Source: an uncultured Alphaproteobacteria bacterium (GTDB lineage: Bacteria > Pseudomonadota > Alphaproteobacteria > Rs-D84). Taken from it: 37,527 nucleotides of DNA. The stretch is from contig CALXQT010000014.1 in NCBI GenBank assembly GCA_944390835.1, forward strand, positions 1 to 37,527, written 5' to 3'. The position numbers and the translations under genes were made by a program. The notes beneath the pieces are model-generated. The model was not told where the DNA came from. It ran no database searches and saw only the letters and a list, made by a program, of their open reading frames with translations. This document shows positions 17,605 through 27,067 of this stretch, one piece after another (within the stretch, counting starts at the first letter, position 1; every line of letters begins with the position of its first letter).

Positions 17605-19653
17605 ATGAAATTCAAAAAAATATTACGAATTTTCCTGAATACTTTGTTTTGGGGCTTTACTTTTTGTATTGCTGCATTGGCAGTATTAGTTTTTATTTAT
17701 GGTAACGATTTGCCAGATTATAAAAAGTTGGCAACTTATGCTCCGCCTGTGGCGACGCGATTATATGCTTCTGATGGCAGTTTGTTGATAGAATATGCGG
17801 AAGAAAGACGGGTTTTTATAGATTACGCAGATTTACCACCACAACTTATAAATGCTTTTATCGCGGCAGAAGATCAGAATTTCTGGACACATCCCGGTAT
17901 CGATGTCCAGGGAATTATGCGTGCCTTAGTAAATAATGGGTTGCATATGTTGGGCTTTGATGCGCGTTTTTCTGGTGCGTCTACGATAACTCAGCAAGTT
18001 GCAAAGAATTTCTTTTTAACATCAGAAAGAACGATTTCACGTAAAATAAAAGAGGCTATTTTAGCGCTGCGTTTAGAAAGAACATTTTCTAAAGAACATA
18101 TTTTAACACTATATATGAATCAGATATATTTGGGGGCTCGTGCATATGGTGTAGGATCTGCGGCATTGATGTATTTTAATAAACCTGTATCTGAATTGAC
18201 TTTATCGGAATGTGCATTTTTAGCCGCGTTACCAAAAGCACCTAATAATCGTGATGATGCAGTTGTTCGGCGAAATTATGTTTTGCGTCGTATGGTAGAT
18301 GAAGGTTATATAACTAAAGAAGAGGCGGATGCCGCGTCCGCAGAACCACTAAATATTAACAGTGGTTTTACCGCACAGATGGAAGAAGATTTTCAATATT
18401 TTGCAGAAGATGTGCGTCGGCAATTATTAGAGACTTTGGGTCGTGAAACCTTATATAATGAGGGGTTGTATATAAAGACAACGATTGTCCCGGAATTGCA
18501 GCATGCCGCTAGCGCAGCTTTAAACAAAGAACTGGATAGGTATAACTCCATTCGTGGGGAAAACGAGGCAAAATTACAAGGTGCAATTATTGCTATGAAC
18601 CCGCATACTGGACGTATTGTTGCAATGACGGGCGGGCGTTCTTTTAACGAAAGTTCATTTAATCGTGCAACGCAGGCCATGCGTCAAATAGGAAGTACGA
18701 TAAAGCCTTTTGTGTATCTGGCAGCATTGGAGCGTGGCGTGTCTCCAGAAAGTTTAATTTTAGATGCACCAATTGTTGGATGGCGTGAAGATGATACGCT
18801 ATGGAAACCCGAAAATTATGATAAAAAGTTTTTAGGTGATATACCTTTGCGCTATGCGTTAGAGACTTCGCGTAATGTTCCGGCTGTTCGAATGGTTCAA
18901 AGTTTGGGCGTGGAAAATGCAATAGAGGTTGCACAACGATTTGGCGTATATCCAGAAAATTTAAAAAATATAAATCTTTCTTTGGCTTTAGGATCTGGTG
19001 AAACAACGTTGCAAAAATTAGTTCAGGGGTATTCGGCTTTTGTAAATGGAGGATATTTGATAGAGCCTAAATTAGTTGATTATATTGAAGATAGATATGG
19101 ACGTGTACTTGACGGAGGAAAAGTGACGTTGATTGAGTGGAACGAGGAACTTTTGCCGCCAGAAAAAATATCAGACGCTGAACCATTATCAGATCCGCAA
19201 AGTTTGTATCAAATGGTATCTATACTACAAGGTGTTGTTGAGCGCGGAACAGGAAAGCAGGCGCGTGTGCAAGGACATACAATTGCCGGGAAAACAGGAA
19301 CAACGAACGATGTAAAAGATATCTGGTTCGTCGGTTTCTCAAAAAATTTAATTGCAGGAGTATATCTTGGGTTTGATTTGCCGCAACCGTTGGGGCAAGG
19401 TGCCGGCAGTCATATGGCCGCCCGCGTTTTTGCAGATTTTATGAAAGTTGCGCTGGCAGGTGAAACAAATCAACCTTTTTCTGTCCCCGATGGTTTAACT
19501 TTTGTGCGTGTTAATCGTAATAGTGGTGCCGCCGCATCTGCAGATCCTAATGGGACAATCATTACAGAGGCTTTTAAACCTGGTCAGAAACCTAATCCTG
19601 CTCCGCAGAAAGAAAATAAAAAGTCAGGTCCTGTTGTCGGCGGCGTGTTTTAA
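17605..19653 (+). CDS. mrcA: Class A penicillin-binding protein 1A (transglycosylase/transpeptidase)
   Basis: N-terminal TM; TG motifs EDQNFWTHPG, GASTITQQVAKN and RKIKE; TP motifs STIK, SRN and KTG. Confidence 0.93.
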   Translation: MKFKKILRIFLNTLFWGFTFCIAALAVLVFIYGNDLPDYKKLATYAPPVATRLYASDGSLLIEYAEERRVFIDYADLPPQLINAFIAAEDQNFWTHPGIDVQGIMRALVNNGLHMLGFDARFSGASTITQQVAKNFFLTSERTISRKIKEAILALRLERTFSKEHILTLYMNQIYLGARAYGVGSAALMYFNKPVSELTLSECAFLAALPKAPNNRDDAVVRRNYVLRRMVDEGYITKEEADAASAEPLNINSGFTAQMEEDFQYFAEDVRRQLLETLGRETLYNEGLYIKTTIVPELQHAASAALNKELDRYNSIRGENEAKLQGAIIAMNPHTGRIVAMTGGRSFNESSFNRATQAMRQIGSTIKPFVYLAALERGVSPESLILDAPIVGWREDDTLWKPENYDKKFLGDIPLRYALETSRNVPAVRMVQSLGVENAIEVAQRFGVYPENLKNINLSLALGSGETTLQKLVQGYSAFVNGGYLIEPKLVDYIEDRYGRVLDGGKVTLIEWNEELLPPEKISDAEPLSDPQSLYQMVSILQGVVERGTGKQARVQGHTIAGKTGTTNDVKDIWFVGFSKNLIAGVYLGFDLPQPLGQGAGSHMAARVFADFMKVALAGETNQPFSVPDGLTFVRVNRNSGAAASADPNGTIITEAFKPGQKPNPAPQKENKKSGPVVGGVF

Positions 19654-19709
19654 TAAACTTTTTTATAAAAATGTGTTATCATATATTTTATTAAAAGACG
19701 GAGGTTCAC

Positions 19710-19997
19710 ATGAAAAAGATGGCTTTGCTAGGATGTATGTTTTTAGCACTGATTGCATGCAGTAAAGAAGATTCCGGACTGAATTGCGGTGCGTATCATG
19801 TTGATATAACTATGTCTGAAGACGGAGAAACAATAAACGCTGTAATAAATGGGGATGAGGTATCGTTAAATCATGCTATTTCTGCGTCAGGGGTACGTTA
19901 CGTTGGTGAATTAAATGATACCATTGTAACTTTATGGAACAAGGGCGAAGATTGGACACTTTATTTAAATGAAGAAGAAATGATAGAATGCAAGTAA
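19710..19997 (+). CDS. mliC: MliC-family lysozyme-inhibitor lipoprotein
   Basis: Lipobox LIAC; MliC motifs SASGVRY and LWNKG; SD GGAGG. Confidence 0.8.
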   Translation: MKKMALLGCMFLALIACSKEDSGLNCGAYHVDITMSEDGETINAVINGDEVSLNHAISASGVRYVGELNDTIVTLWNKGEDWTLYLNEEEMIECK

Positions 19998-20061
19998 TTG
20001 TTAAATAACTTTAGCTTTTTATAATTATGTGATAAAATGTCAGCATAAGAAGGAGATTTTT

Positions 20062-21150
20062 ATGCTGACATCTTTATTCCTTGGACGTGGTGTAACGTTT
20101 TTTGCCAGTGGATGGACCCAGTTTGCGGCCGCATTTGGTTTAGCGTTTTTAATAGTATTTTTATTCGGTCGATCTTTTATAAATACGATGCACCGTATTC
20201 AGAAAAAAGGCCAGCCTATCAGTGAAAACGTACCAGAGGCGCATAGAAAAAAAGCAGGAACACCAACAATGGGTGGGTTGCTTATTCTTACTGCGATTAT
20301 AATACCAAGTATTTTGTTTATGCCGATTTCTAATCCTACTGGTTGGATAGCATTGTTGGCTTTGGTAATGTTTGGTGCAATAGGATTTGTAGACGACTAT
20401 AAAAAGGTTGTGTCTCAATCAAAAAAAGCCGCTAATGGGCTGTCGCCATTGACACGTTTGGGGCTGGAGGCTTTATGTGTAATCATCTTGGCTTATTTAA
20501 TAAATAGAACAACCCCTTTATATATTCCTGAATTGTCATTAGTTATGCCGTTTGGAATTACCTGGTCGTTGGGTATTCTTTATTATTTGTTTGCTTATTT
20601 TGTTATAGCAGGTAGCGCCAATGCTACAAATATAACTGATGGATTGGACGGCATGTTAGTCAAGTTATATATGCCTGTTTTGGTGGTTCTGGTTGTGGCG
20701 CTATATGGGGCGACGAGAATAGGCTTTATGGATACTGTTATGTTCCTTCCGACTGCTAACGGATTGTATGCGGTATTAGGAGCCGCCTTCGGTGCAGTAC
20801 TTGGTTTCTTATGGTTTAACTCAAAGCCGGCATCAATATTTATGGGGGATGTTGGATCATTGGCGCTTGGCGGTTTTATGGGAACTGTAGCAATGCTTTT
20901 GAAATCCGAGATTATAATGGCAATTGCTGCAGGTATGATGGTTTTAATTTTGTTGTCTTCCTTTATACAGACAATGTATTTCAAATTATCCAGAAAAATA
21001 TCAGGTACTGGGAAACGGGTGTTCTTGCGTGCACCATTACATCATCATTTTGAAGAGATGGGATGGCCAGAAACAAAAATAGTGGAACGCTTTTTCATAA
21101 TATCGATATTATTTTCTGGGCTTGCGTTGGTTCTTTTGAAGTTTGCGTAA
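20062..21150 (+). CDS. mraY: Phospho-N-acetylmuramoyl-pentapeptide transferase
   Basis: KAGTPTMGG, DDY, NITDGLDG, FMGDVGS, APLHHHFE; start at the ATG at 20062, after SD AAGGAG. Confidence 0.96.
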   Translation: MLTSLFLGRGVTFFASGWTQFAAAFGLAFLIVFLFGRSFINTMHRIQKKGQPISENVPEAHRKKAGTPTMGGLLILTAIIIPSILFMPISNPTGWIALLALVMFGAIGFVDDYKKVVSQSKKAANGLSPLTRLGLEALCVIILAYLINRTTPLYIPELSLVMPFGITWSLGILYYLFAYFVIAGSANATNITDGLDGMLVKLYMPVLVVLVVALYGATRIGFMDTVMFLPTANGLYAVLGAAFGAVLGFLWFNSKPASIFMGDVGSLALGGFMGTVAMLLKSEIIMAIAAGMMVLILLSSFIQTMYFKLSRKISGTGKRVFLRAPLHHHFEEMGWPETKIVERFFIISILFSGLALVLLKFA

Positions 21151-21153
21151 AAT

Positions 21154-21177
21154 AAATCCCGGTTTACCGGGATTTTT
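21154..21177 (+). terminator. Intrinsic terminator after mraY
   Basis: AAATCCCGGT/ACCGGGATTT inverted repeat with a T tract. Confidence 0.85.
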
Positions 21178-21234
21178 AATAAAAATATTTTCATCAGTAT
21201 ATTTTCTTAAAAAAGATGATATAATATTCAAGAC

Positions 21235-22371
21235 ATGTTAAGAACCGAAGAAAGTAAACTTACGAGTTGGTATTTTGAAATAGACCGAAAGCTGTTGGCC
21301 TATGTGTTAGTTATGATGGTCATCAGCGTTATATGCATGATTTCTGCAGGATCTGTGGCGGCAGAACGTATCGGTCAATCTTGGAATTATTATATCGTTA
21401 AAGCAATCCCCTTTTATTTTATTGGCGCTGTAATTTTATTAGGAGCCAGTATGTTAAATAAAAAATGGGTTATTCGTATATCTTGGTTGAATGTTATAAT
21501 TGGGTTGCTGTTATTGATTGTAACTATTGTTGCACCACATACTATAAACGGTTCAGATAGATTTGTTTCTTTGGGTTTTGCCAATGTTATGCCTGCAGAT
21601 ATTATGAAACCAGGTTTTATAATTATTACTGCATGGTTCTTGGCGAAAATGCGTGATGCATATGGTGATGATATATTTTTTAATAAATCGGCGTGGCAAT
21701 TTAAGTGGTTGTCGTGGTGGCCGTATTTAGCAACTTTTGCATTGGCTTTATTAATAATTTTCTCTCATCCTGATCTAGGAACGTCTATTTTGTATTTGGC
21801 TGTGTTATGCGCCATGATGTTTATTGCTGGTTTACCATTGGTTATTATACCTGTAATAGGGTTAGCGGGGGTTGGATTGTTAACTGTTGCCTTCTTTACA
21901 ATGTCGCACGTACACAATCGTATAATTTCCTTTTTTACAGGTACGGGAGATACTTATCAAGTAACCCAATCTGTACAATCTATTCAAAATGGTGGTTTGT
22001 TTGGTCAAGGAGACGGTTCTTTTGTAAAGCAGTCATTGCCTGATGCACATACCGATTTTATATTTGCTGCTTTGGCAGAAGATGCTGGTGCGATATTGGC
22101 ATGCGCCTTGCTGGTTTTTTTGATGTTGGTATTACGTCGTTTGATCTTAAACGCGACTAATGCCCGTGATAAATTCGTTTTTTATGCTGCAGGTGGAACA
22201 GCGGCATTGTTTGGAACACAAGTGTGTATAAATTTAATGTCTACGCTGCATTTGTTTGCGCCTAAAGGTATGACATTACCATTTATATCATATGGGGGTA
22301 GTTCGTTATTGGCTTTCTGTTTGCTGTTCGGTATGATAATGGCAGTAGTACGAGAAGATAAGTGGAAATAA
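21235..22371 (+). CDS. ftsW: SEDS family peptidoglycan glycosyltransferase FtsW
   Basis: PDLGT, YQVTQS...GGLFGQG, LPDAHTDFIF, KGMTLPFISYGGSS; lies upstream of murG. Confidence 0.92.
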   Translation: MLRTEESKLTSWYFEIDRKLLAYVLVMMVISVICMISAGSVAAERIGQSWNYYIVKAIPFYFIGAVILLGASMLNKKWVIRISWLNVIIGLLLLIVTIVAPHTINGSDRFVSLGFANVMPADIMKPGFIIITAWFLAKMRDAYGDDIFFNKSAWQFKWLSWWPYLATFALALLIIFSHPDLGTSILYLAVLCAMMFIAGLPLVIIPVIGLAGVGLLTVAFFTMSHVHNRIISFFTGTGDTYQVTQSVQSIQNGGLFGQGDGSFVKQSLPDAHTDFIFAALAEDAGAILACALLVFLMLVLRRLILNATNARDKFVFYAAGGTAALFGTQVCINLMSTLHLFAPKGMTLPFISYGGSSLLAFCLLFGMIMAVVREDKWK

Positions 22372-22385
22372 AAAAGGTATGGATA

Positions 22386-23432
22386 ATGAGAATATGGATT
22401 GCGACTGGTGGTACTGGTGGGCATGTTTTTCCTGCTTTAAGTGTGGCTGCTGAGTTAGTAGCGCGTGGTCATCGTGTAACCATTTCGGCAGATCGTCGCG
22501 TAAAAAAAATGGTGCGTGACGGTGCACCAAATGGTGCAAAAATAGCGTCGGTTTGGGCTTCGGGTGTTGGCGCAAAAAGCCGGATTAAGCAGGTGGTTGC
22601 TTTGTCGAAAATCGCTGTTTCTGCTGCATGGTTGTCATTGCGCTTCGTTTTCTTGCGCCCTGCACGCGTCGTTGCCTTTGGTGGATATGCGTCGGTACCT
22701 GTTGTGTTCGCCGCACATTTATGGAAAATACCTACTTATTTACATGAACAAAACGCTGCTATCGGGCGCGCAAATAAATTTACTATGCGGTGGGTAAAGA
22801 CTCTTATGACTAGTTTCCCAACTGTTGATGGTATACCTTCAAATACATCCGCCAGAGTCGTTTATACGGGGTTACCTGTGCGACATGAATTCTTGGCTGC
22901 TGCTGGATCGCCTATACCTGCTGCTTCTAAGTTATTAGTTACTGGTGGTTCTTTGGGGGCGCAGATATTAGATGAGGTTGTTCCGGCCGCATTATTACAA
23001 ATGAAAAATAAAAAGATATTTGTTACGCATCAGACGCGCCCAGAAAATGTCGCTAGATTACAAAAATTATATGCAGATAATAAAATTAGAGCAAATGTTT
23101 TGTCTTTTATACATGATATGGCAGGCACGATTGTTGATGCGGATTTAGTAATTGGGCGTAGCGGTGCTAGTACAGTTGTAGAATTAGAAACAATAGGGCG
23201 TGGTGCAATACTTGTTCCACTAAATATAAATCCGGACCAGGCTGCTAACGCAAATAGTTTTGCACGTCTTGGGGGTGGTTTTGCGGTGCCACAAGAAAAG
23301 TTTACACCAAAATGGCTGGCCGCAACGTTGACAGAGTTATTTGATAACCCATCACGATTGGAAAAAATGGCTAAAAAGTCTCTTGTTCCTAATAATGCGG
23401 TTCAAACAATTTGTGATGAAGTAACAAAATAA
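22386..23432 (+). CDS. murG: Undecaprenyl-PP-MurNAc-pentapeptide GlcNAc transferase
   Basis: GGTGGHVFPA, GGYAS, HEQN, GGSLGA, RSGASTV.E, Q..NA; start re-called at MRIWIA. Confidence 0.96.
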   Translation: MRIWIATGGTGGHVFPALSVAAELVARGHRVTISADRRVKKMVRDGAPNGAKIASVWASGVGAKSRIKQVVALSKIAVSAAWLSLRFVFLRPARVVAFGGYASVPVVFAAHLWKIPTYLHEQNAAIGRANKFTMRWVKTLMTSFPTVDGIPSNTSARVVYTGLPVRHEFLAAAGSPIPAASKLLVTGGSLGAQILDEVVPAALLQMKNKKIFVTHQTRPENVARLQKLYADNKIRANVLSFIHDMAGTIVDADLVIGRSGASTVVELETIGRGAILVPLNINPDQAANANSFARLGGGFAVPQEKFTPKWLAATLTELFDNPSRLEKMAKKSLVPNNAVQTICDEVTK

Positions 23433-23503
23433 TAATTTGTGTATTTTTCTGCTTGCTTGCGATTCGCTATTTGTTCTATCATAAAGTAAGGAAGGAAAGA
23501 AAA

Positions 23504-24838
23504 ATGCGACAGATTGCAATCTCTGTTTTATCGCTATTTATTGTTTTGCCTGCTTTTGCAGATGTAAGGTTACCAGTTGTAAATATTACAGCAGGTGGCG
23601 TTTCTGCACGTGCTGCGTTCGGTGAACCCGTGGTAAAACAAACAGAAAAGGTCGTTGCAAATAATGCAACAAATGGGGAGAATAAAGAAAAAATTGCGAA
23701 CGCCGAAACCAATAATCGGGGTGTTGTATCACGTAATACAATTAGCAAACCTGTGCAGATTGATGCGTTGGCAGACGCAGGTGAGCAAATTATTGCATCA
23801 GATATATTATCACCACGTCGACCAAGTTCTGATTTGTGGACCAGTTCGTCATCAAATATCATGCCTTTGCGGTTACCAACCCCACAGGAGTTTTCTGTAA
23901 TTAGATCTGATTCTGCATTGCCAGAAGAAAGTTTAGATGGAGATATATCACAGCAGTTTGCATATGATTCTGGTATTAAAGAGGTTGTTAAAGAAAAGGA
24001 ACCTTTGTCGGAATTAGATTCACAGATTGCTCGTTTAAATGAATTGCAACGGCTTGCGGATGAAAGCGTTCAAAAGAGTCTGGCCTCGAATGAAAAAGAA
24101 CAATCTCGTCGTGTGGTTTCCCGTAACACAGTTACTCGTCAAACGTCGGAAACAACGAAATCATCACCAGATAATGAGATAAAGTTGGCGCGTATGGTGG
24201 TTCCTATGGATGATTCAGGAGATGATGTAATTGTTCGGGCCGTTCAACGTGCTGAATCGCCTCAGATAATCTCAACGCGTAACGAGATGACACAGATGAG
24301 CCCTACTGAATTACGAAAAGCGTTTAGAAAAACGTTTTTGTCAGAGAACAAGCATTTGTCTACATTCCAAATAGATAACCGTTTTGATGTTGCAAGTGAT
24401 ATGACGGTTAATGCAGAAGGTTTTACATCGGAACGGGATTTGTCCGAAACAGGTGGAATTCGCCCATTGGAAATAAAAATAAAATTTCGTAATGATGATG
24501 CAGCGTTATCTCGTGATAATTATAATTTGTTGACAGAATATGCTGGTATAGTATTAAGTAATCCTACACGTGCTGTACAAGTTTCTATTCCTCAGACAGT
24601 TACAACAAATGCAGATGATAGGAAATTGGCGGCTCGTCGATTGGCCATAATAGAACAAGTTCTGCGTGATAACGGGATTTCAGAACAAAGAATACTGCCG
24701 GTATTGTCTCAAAGAGATGAAGAAGGTTTGGTCTTGCGTATGATTTCATTAGATCAGTATGAAACATTGACTAAACAGCAACGTGATGTGTTTGGTGATA
24801 CTGTCAGTAAGAAAACGTATAGAAGTATGTCTTGGTAA
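23504..24838 (+). CDS. Exported protein with a disordered N-terminal half and a C-terminal OmpA-like domain
   Basis: Signal MRQIAISVLSLFIVLPAFA after a purine-rich SD. The C-terminal KFRNDDAALS...RKLAARRLAIIEQVLRDNGISEQRI resembles the OmpA_C pattern. Confidence 0.6.
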   Translation: MRQIAISVLSLFIVLPAFADVRLPVVNITAGGVSARAAFGEPVVKQTEKVVANNATNGENKEKIANAETNNRGVVSRNTISKPVQIDALADAGEQIIASDILSPRRPSSDLWTSSSSNIMPLRLPTPQEFSVIRSDSALPEESLDGDISQQFAYDSGIKEVVKEKEPLSELDSQIARLNELQRLADESVQKSLASNEKEQSRRVVSRNTVTRQTSETTKSSPDNEIKLARMVVPMDDSGDDVIVRAVQRAESPQIISTRNEMTQMSPTELRKAFRKTFLSENKHLSTFQIDNRFDVASDMTVNAEGFTSERDLSETGGIRPLEIKIKFRNDDAALSRDNYNLLTEYAGIVLSNPTRAVQVSIPQTVTTNADDRKLAARRLAIIEQVLRDNGISEQRILPVLSQRDEEGLVLRMISLDQYETLTKQQRDVFGDTVSKKTYRSMSW

Positions 24839-25590
24839 AGAAAATTCTTAGACGCGTAGGTAAGGGGTTTTCATATGCCGCGCATTTCATGATTGAGTTT
24901 TTATTTCCTGCTTCTTGTCCTTTATGTGGGAATTTAGTTTCTACAGATGGTGAACTGTGTGCGGATTGTTGGACTTCTTTTAATTGGATCGGGAATCCAA
25001 AATGTAAAAAATGTGGTTACCCCTTTCCAGCAAATCTAGATTTTGGAATACATCATTTGTGTCCACAATGTGCGGCTGGTAAGTGTGTGCTTGATTTAAT
25101 ACGTTCTGCTTGTGTGTATGATGATGTTTCTAAAGCCGCGATGCTGCCATTCAAACACGCTGGACGGATTAAATATTCGGCTTTTATGTCCAGAGCTATG
25201 ATGTGGGCATTGCGAGATATTGATATAAAGCCTGATATAATTATGCCGGTACCTTTGGCTTATCGCAGATTATTTCATCGTGGTTATAATCAAGCAACGT
25301 TACTGGCTCGTCCAATTGCTAAGGCTTTTGGGGTGAAGTTAGATTTAGATAGTGTGCATCGTATATATCGGCCTGATATGGGGCATAAAAATATGGCACA
25401 ACGAGCTGAAAATGTCCGTGGGGTGTTTCATGTAACCCGTCCAGATAAAATAAAAGGGAAAACAATTTTATTAGTAGATGACGTTATGACAACAGGTGCA
25501 ACTTTTGCCGAACTTTATAAAGTTCTTAAAGCGGCTGGAGCTGCTGATATTTACGGGGTTACATTTTGTAGAATTGTTCGTGCTATTTAG
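24832..25590 (+). CDS. comF: ComF family protein (double zinc ribbon + PRTase)
   Basis: Four CxxC pairs, PVPL...RGYNQ and LLVDDVMTTGAT; the start may instead be the later ATG (MIEFLFP). Confidence 0.9.
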   Translation: MVKKILRRVGKGFSYAAHFMIEFLFPASCPLCGNLVSTDGELCADCWTSFNWIGNPKCKKCGYPFPANLDFGIHHLCPQCAAGKCVLDLIRSACVYDDVSKAAMLPFKHAGRIKYSAFMSRAMMWALRDIDIKPDIIMPVPLAYRRLFHRGYNQATLLARPIAKAFGVKLDLDSVHRIYRPDMGHKNMAQRAENVRGVFHVTRPDKIKGKTILLVDDVMTTGATFAELYKVLKAAGAADIYGVTFCRIVRAI

Positions 25591-25979
25591 TTTGTACTTT
25601 GATTAGTCTTGTTTACAAAAGTTTTTAACATATGTGTTTTATGACTTTCTACTTCTTGTAGTATGATTTTAGTAGAGCACATTTTTAACAATGTTTCTAA
25701 TTTATCTGCTTTTGTTTTTGTATTTTTTTCTGTTTTGGCGTCATCCAATATCGGTTTTATGGATTCTTCTATAAGGACAGAGTCAATGTATAATTTATAT
25801 TTTGCGTAACTGTTTGTTGCGTCTGAATGTGAATACAAGGTGTATATTTCTACATATGCATCCTCGCCTATACCCTTGGGAATAAAGAAAGAATAACATG
25901 AAAAATCTGTATCGTTATTAACGGATATATAACTTTTTGGTATAGAATTACATAATAAATAAAATAATTGATTTGTCAT
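25587..25979 (-). CDS. Hypothetical protein (orphan, AT-rich)
   Basis: 130-aa ORF co-oriented with 25988..26392 (8-nt gap); its stop overlaps the comF stop. Confidence 0.65.
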   Translation of the reverse strand: MTNQLFYLLCNSIPKSYISVNNDTDFSCYSFFIPKGIGEDAYVEIYTLYSHSDATNSYAKYKLYIDSVLIEESIKPILDDAKTEKNTKTKADKLETLLKMCSTKIILQEVESHKTHMLKTFVNKTNQSTN

Positions 25980-25987
25980 GATTGCTT

Positions 25988-26392
25988 CTACTCTTGTTGT
26001 TTTTGTTGTTTTAGTTTATTTAAAAAAATTTGTATTTCTTTTAGTTGATTTACATAGTGTTTTTCGGTTTTTTCTCTGCATATGGTTATTATGTTGCCTA
26101 TAATATCTGATTCCGTAGGAAGCTCTGTTTGTTTTGAAATGCCTATAGATGCGCGTGGGTTATAATATTGTGCATAAATATATTTATCATCCATAGAGAC
26201 TTCAAATAAACCTGTATATGGTGTATACGCTACGGTTAATAATCTTTTATGTATTGTGTTTTTTTCAGTTTCATAATGTGCGGACACCGTATAAATATTG
26301 ATAGGCTTGTTGTTATTATTATATTTTACAGAATGGCTAATCGGATTTTCCGAAAAGATTTGCTTTATTAAAATCAGTTCACTAAATGCCAT
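25988..26392 (-). CDS. Hypothetical protein (orphan, AT-rich, Gln/Lys tail)
   Basis: 134-aa ORF downstream of a TTGACA-N17-TATGTT promoter. Confidence 0.65.
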   Translation of the reverse strand: MAFSELILIKQIFSENPISHSVKYNNNNKPINIYTVSAHYETEKNTIHKRLLTVAYTPYTGLFEVSMDDKYIYAQYYNPRASIGISKQTELPTESDIIGNIITICREKTEKHYVNQLKEIQIFLNKLKQQKQQE

Positions 26393-26421
26393 AGTTGATT
26401 CTTTGGTTTTTGTTAAATTTT

Positions 26422-26450
26422 AACATAGTACAAAAACTGTAGTTTGTCAA
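26422..26450 (-). promoter_or_regulatory. Sigma70-type promoter of the orphan pair
   Basis: Minus strand TTGACA-N17-TATGTT. Confidence 0.55.
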
Positions 26451-26524
26451 TTAAAATATACAATGTCTTGAATTTTATTTTTAATTTGATAGGATTTATT
26501 GGGTACATTTAAAGCGGTTATATT

Positions 26525-27046
26525 ATGAAATTAATTGTTCTATCTTTATTATTTGTTTTTTTATCGTTTAATGCTTTTGCGGGAATTCCTTTAGTTGGAT
26601 TGTATCAGACAATTGATGATGAAACGAATTTACCAAAATCTATTGTAAATTTATACGAATATAAATCGGGCAAGGACTCTTTATTAGCTGGGCGTATAGT
26701 GGCTTTGTATGATGAAAAAGGGAATCTTTCAGAAACTGTTAATAATCCGGTAAAGGTTGCAGACAAGGTATCAGGAAAGCCGAAATATGTTGGGCTGGAT
26801 ATAATATGGGGTATGAAATGGGATGACGAGGATTCTGAATATAAAAATGGTAAGATAATGGACCCTAAAAAGGGCAGTATTTATTCAAGCGTAATTTGGC
26901 AAAATTCAGATGATAAATTGCAAGTGCGCGGGAAAATAGGACCATTCGGCAGAACTCAGACTTGGAATGTGTTAAATGTTTCTGATTTACCGATCGAGTT
27001 GCAGAAGATAGATACATCTGCATGGTCACCAGTAATAAGGAAATAA
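26525..27046 (+). CDS. DUF2147 domain exported protein
   Basis: Signal peptide; G.Y.TIDDET, GKIMDPKKGSIY and LQVRGKIGPFGRTQTW motifs. Confidence 0.8.
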   Translation: MKLIVLSLLFVFLSFNAFAGIPLVGLYQTIDDETNLPKSIVNLYEYKSGKDSLLAGRIVALYDEKGNLSETVNNPVKVADKVSGKPKYVGLDIIWGMKWDDEDSEYKNGKIMDPKKGSIYSSVIWQNSDDKLQVRGKIGPFGRTQTWNVLNVSDLPIELQKIDTSAWSPVIRK

Positions 27047-27067
27047 ATATTTTGAAAAGGGTTATAG

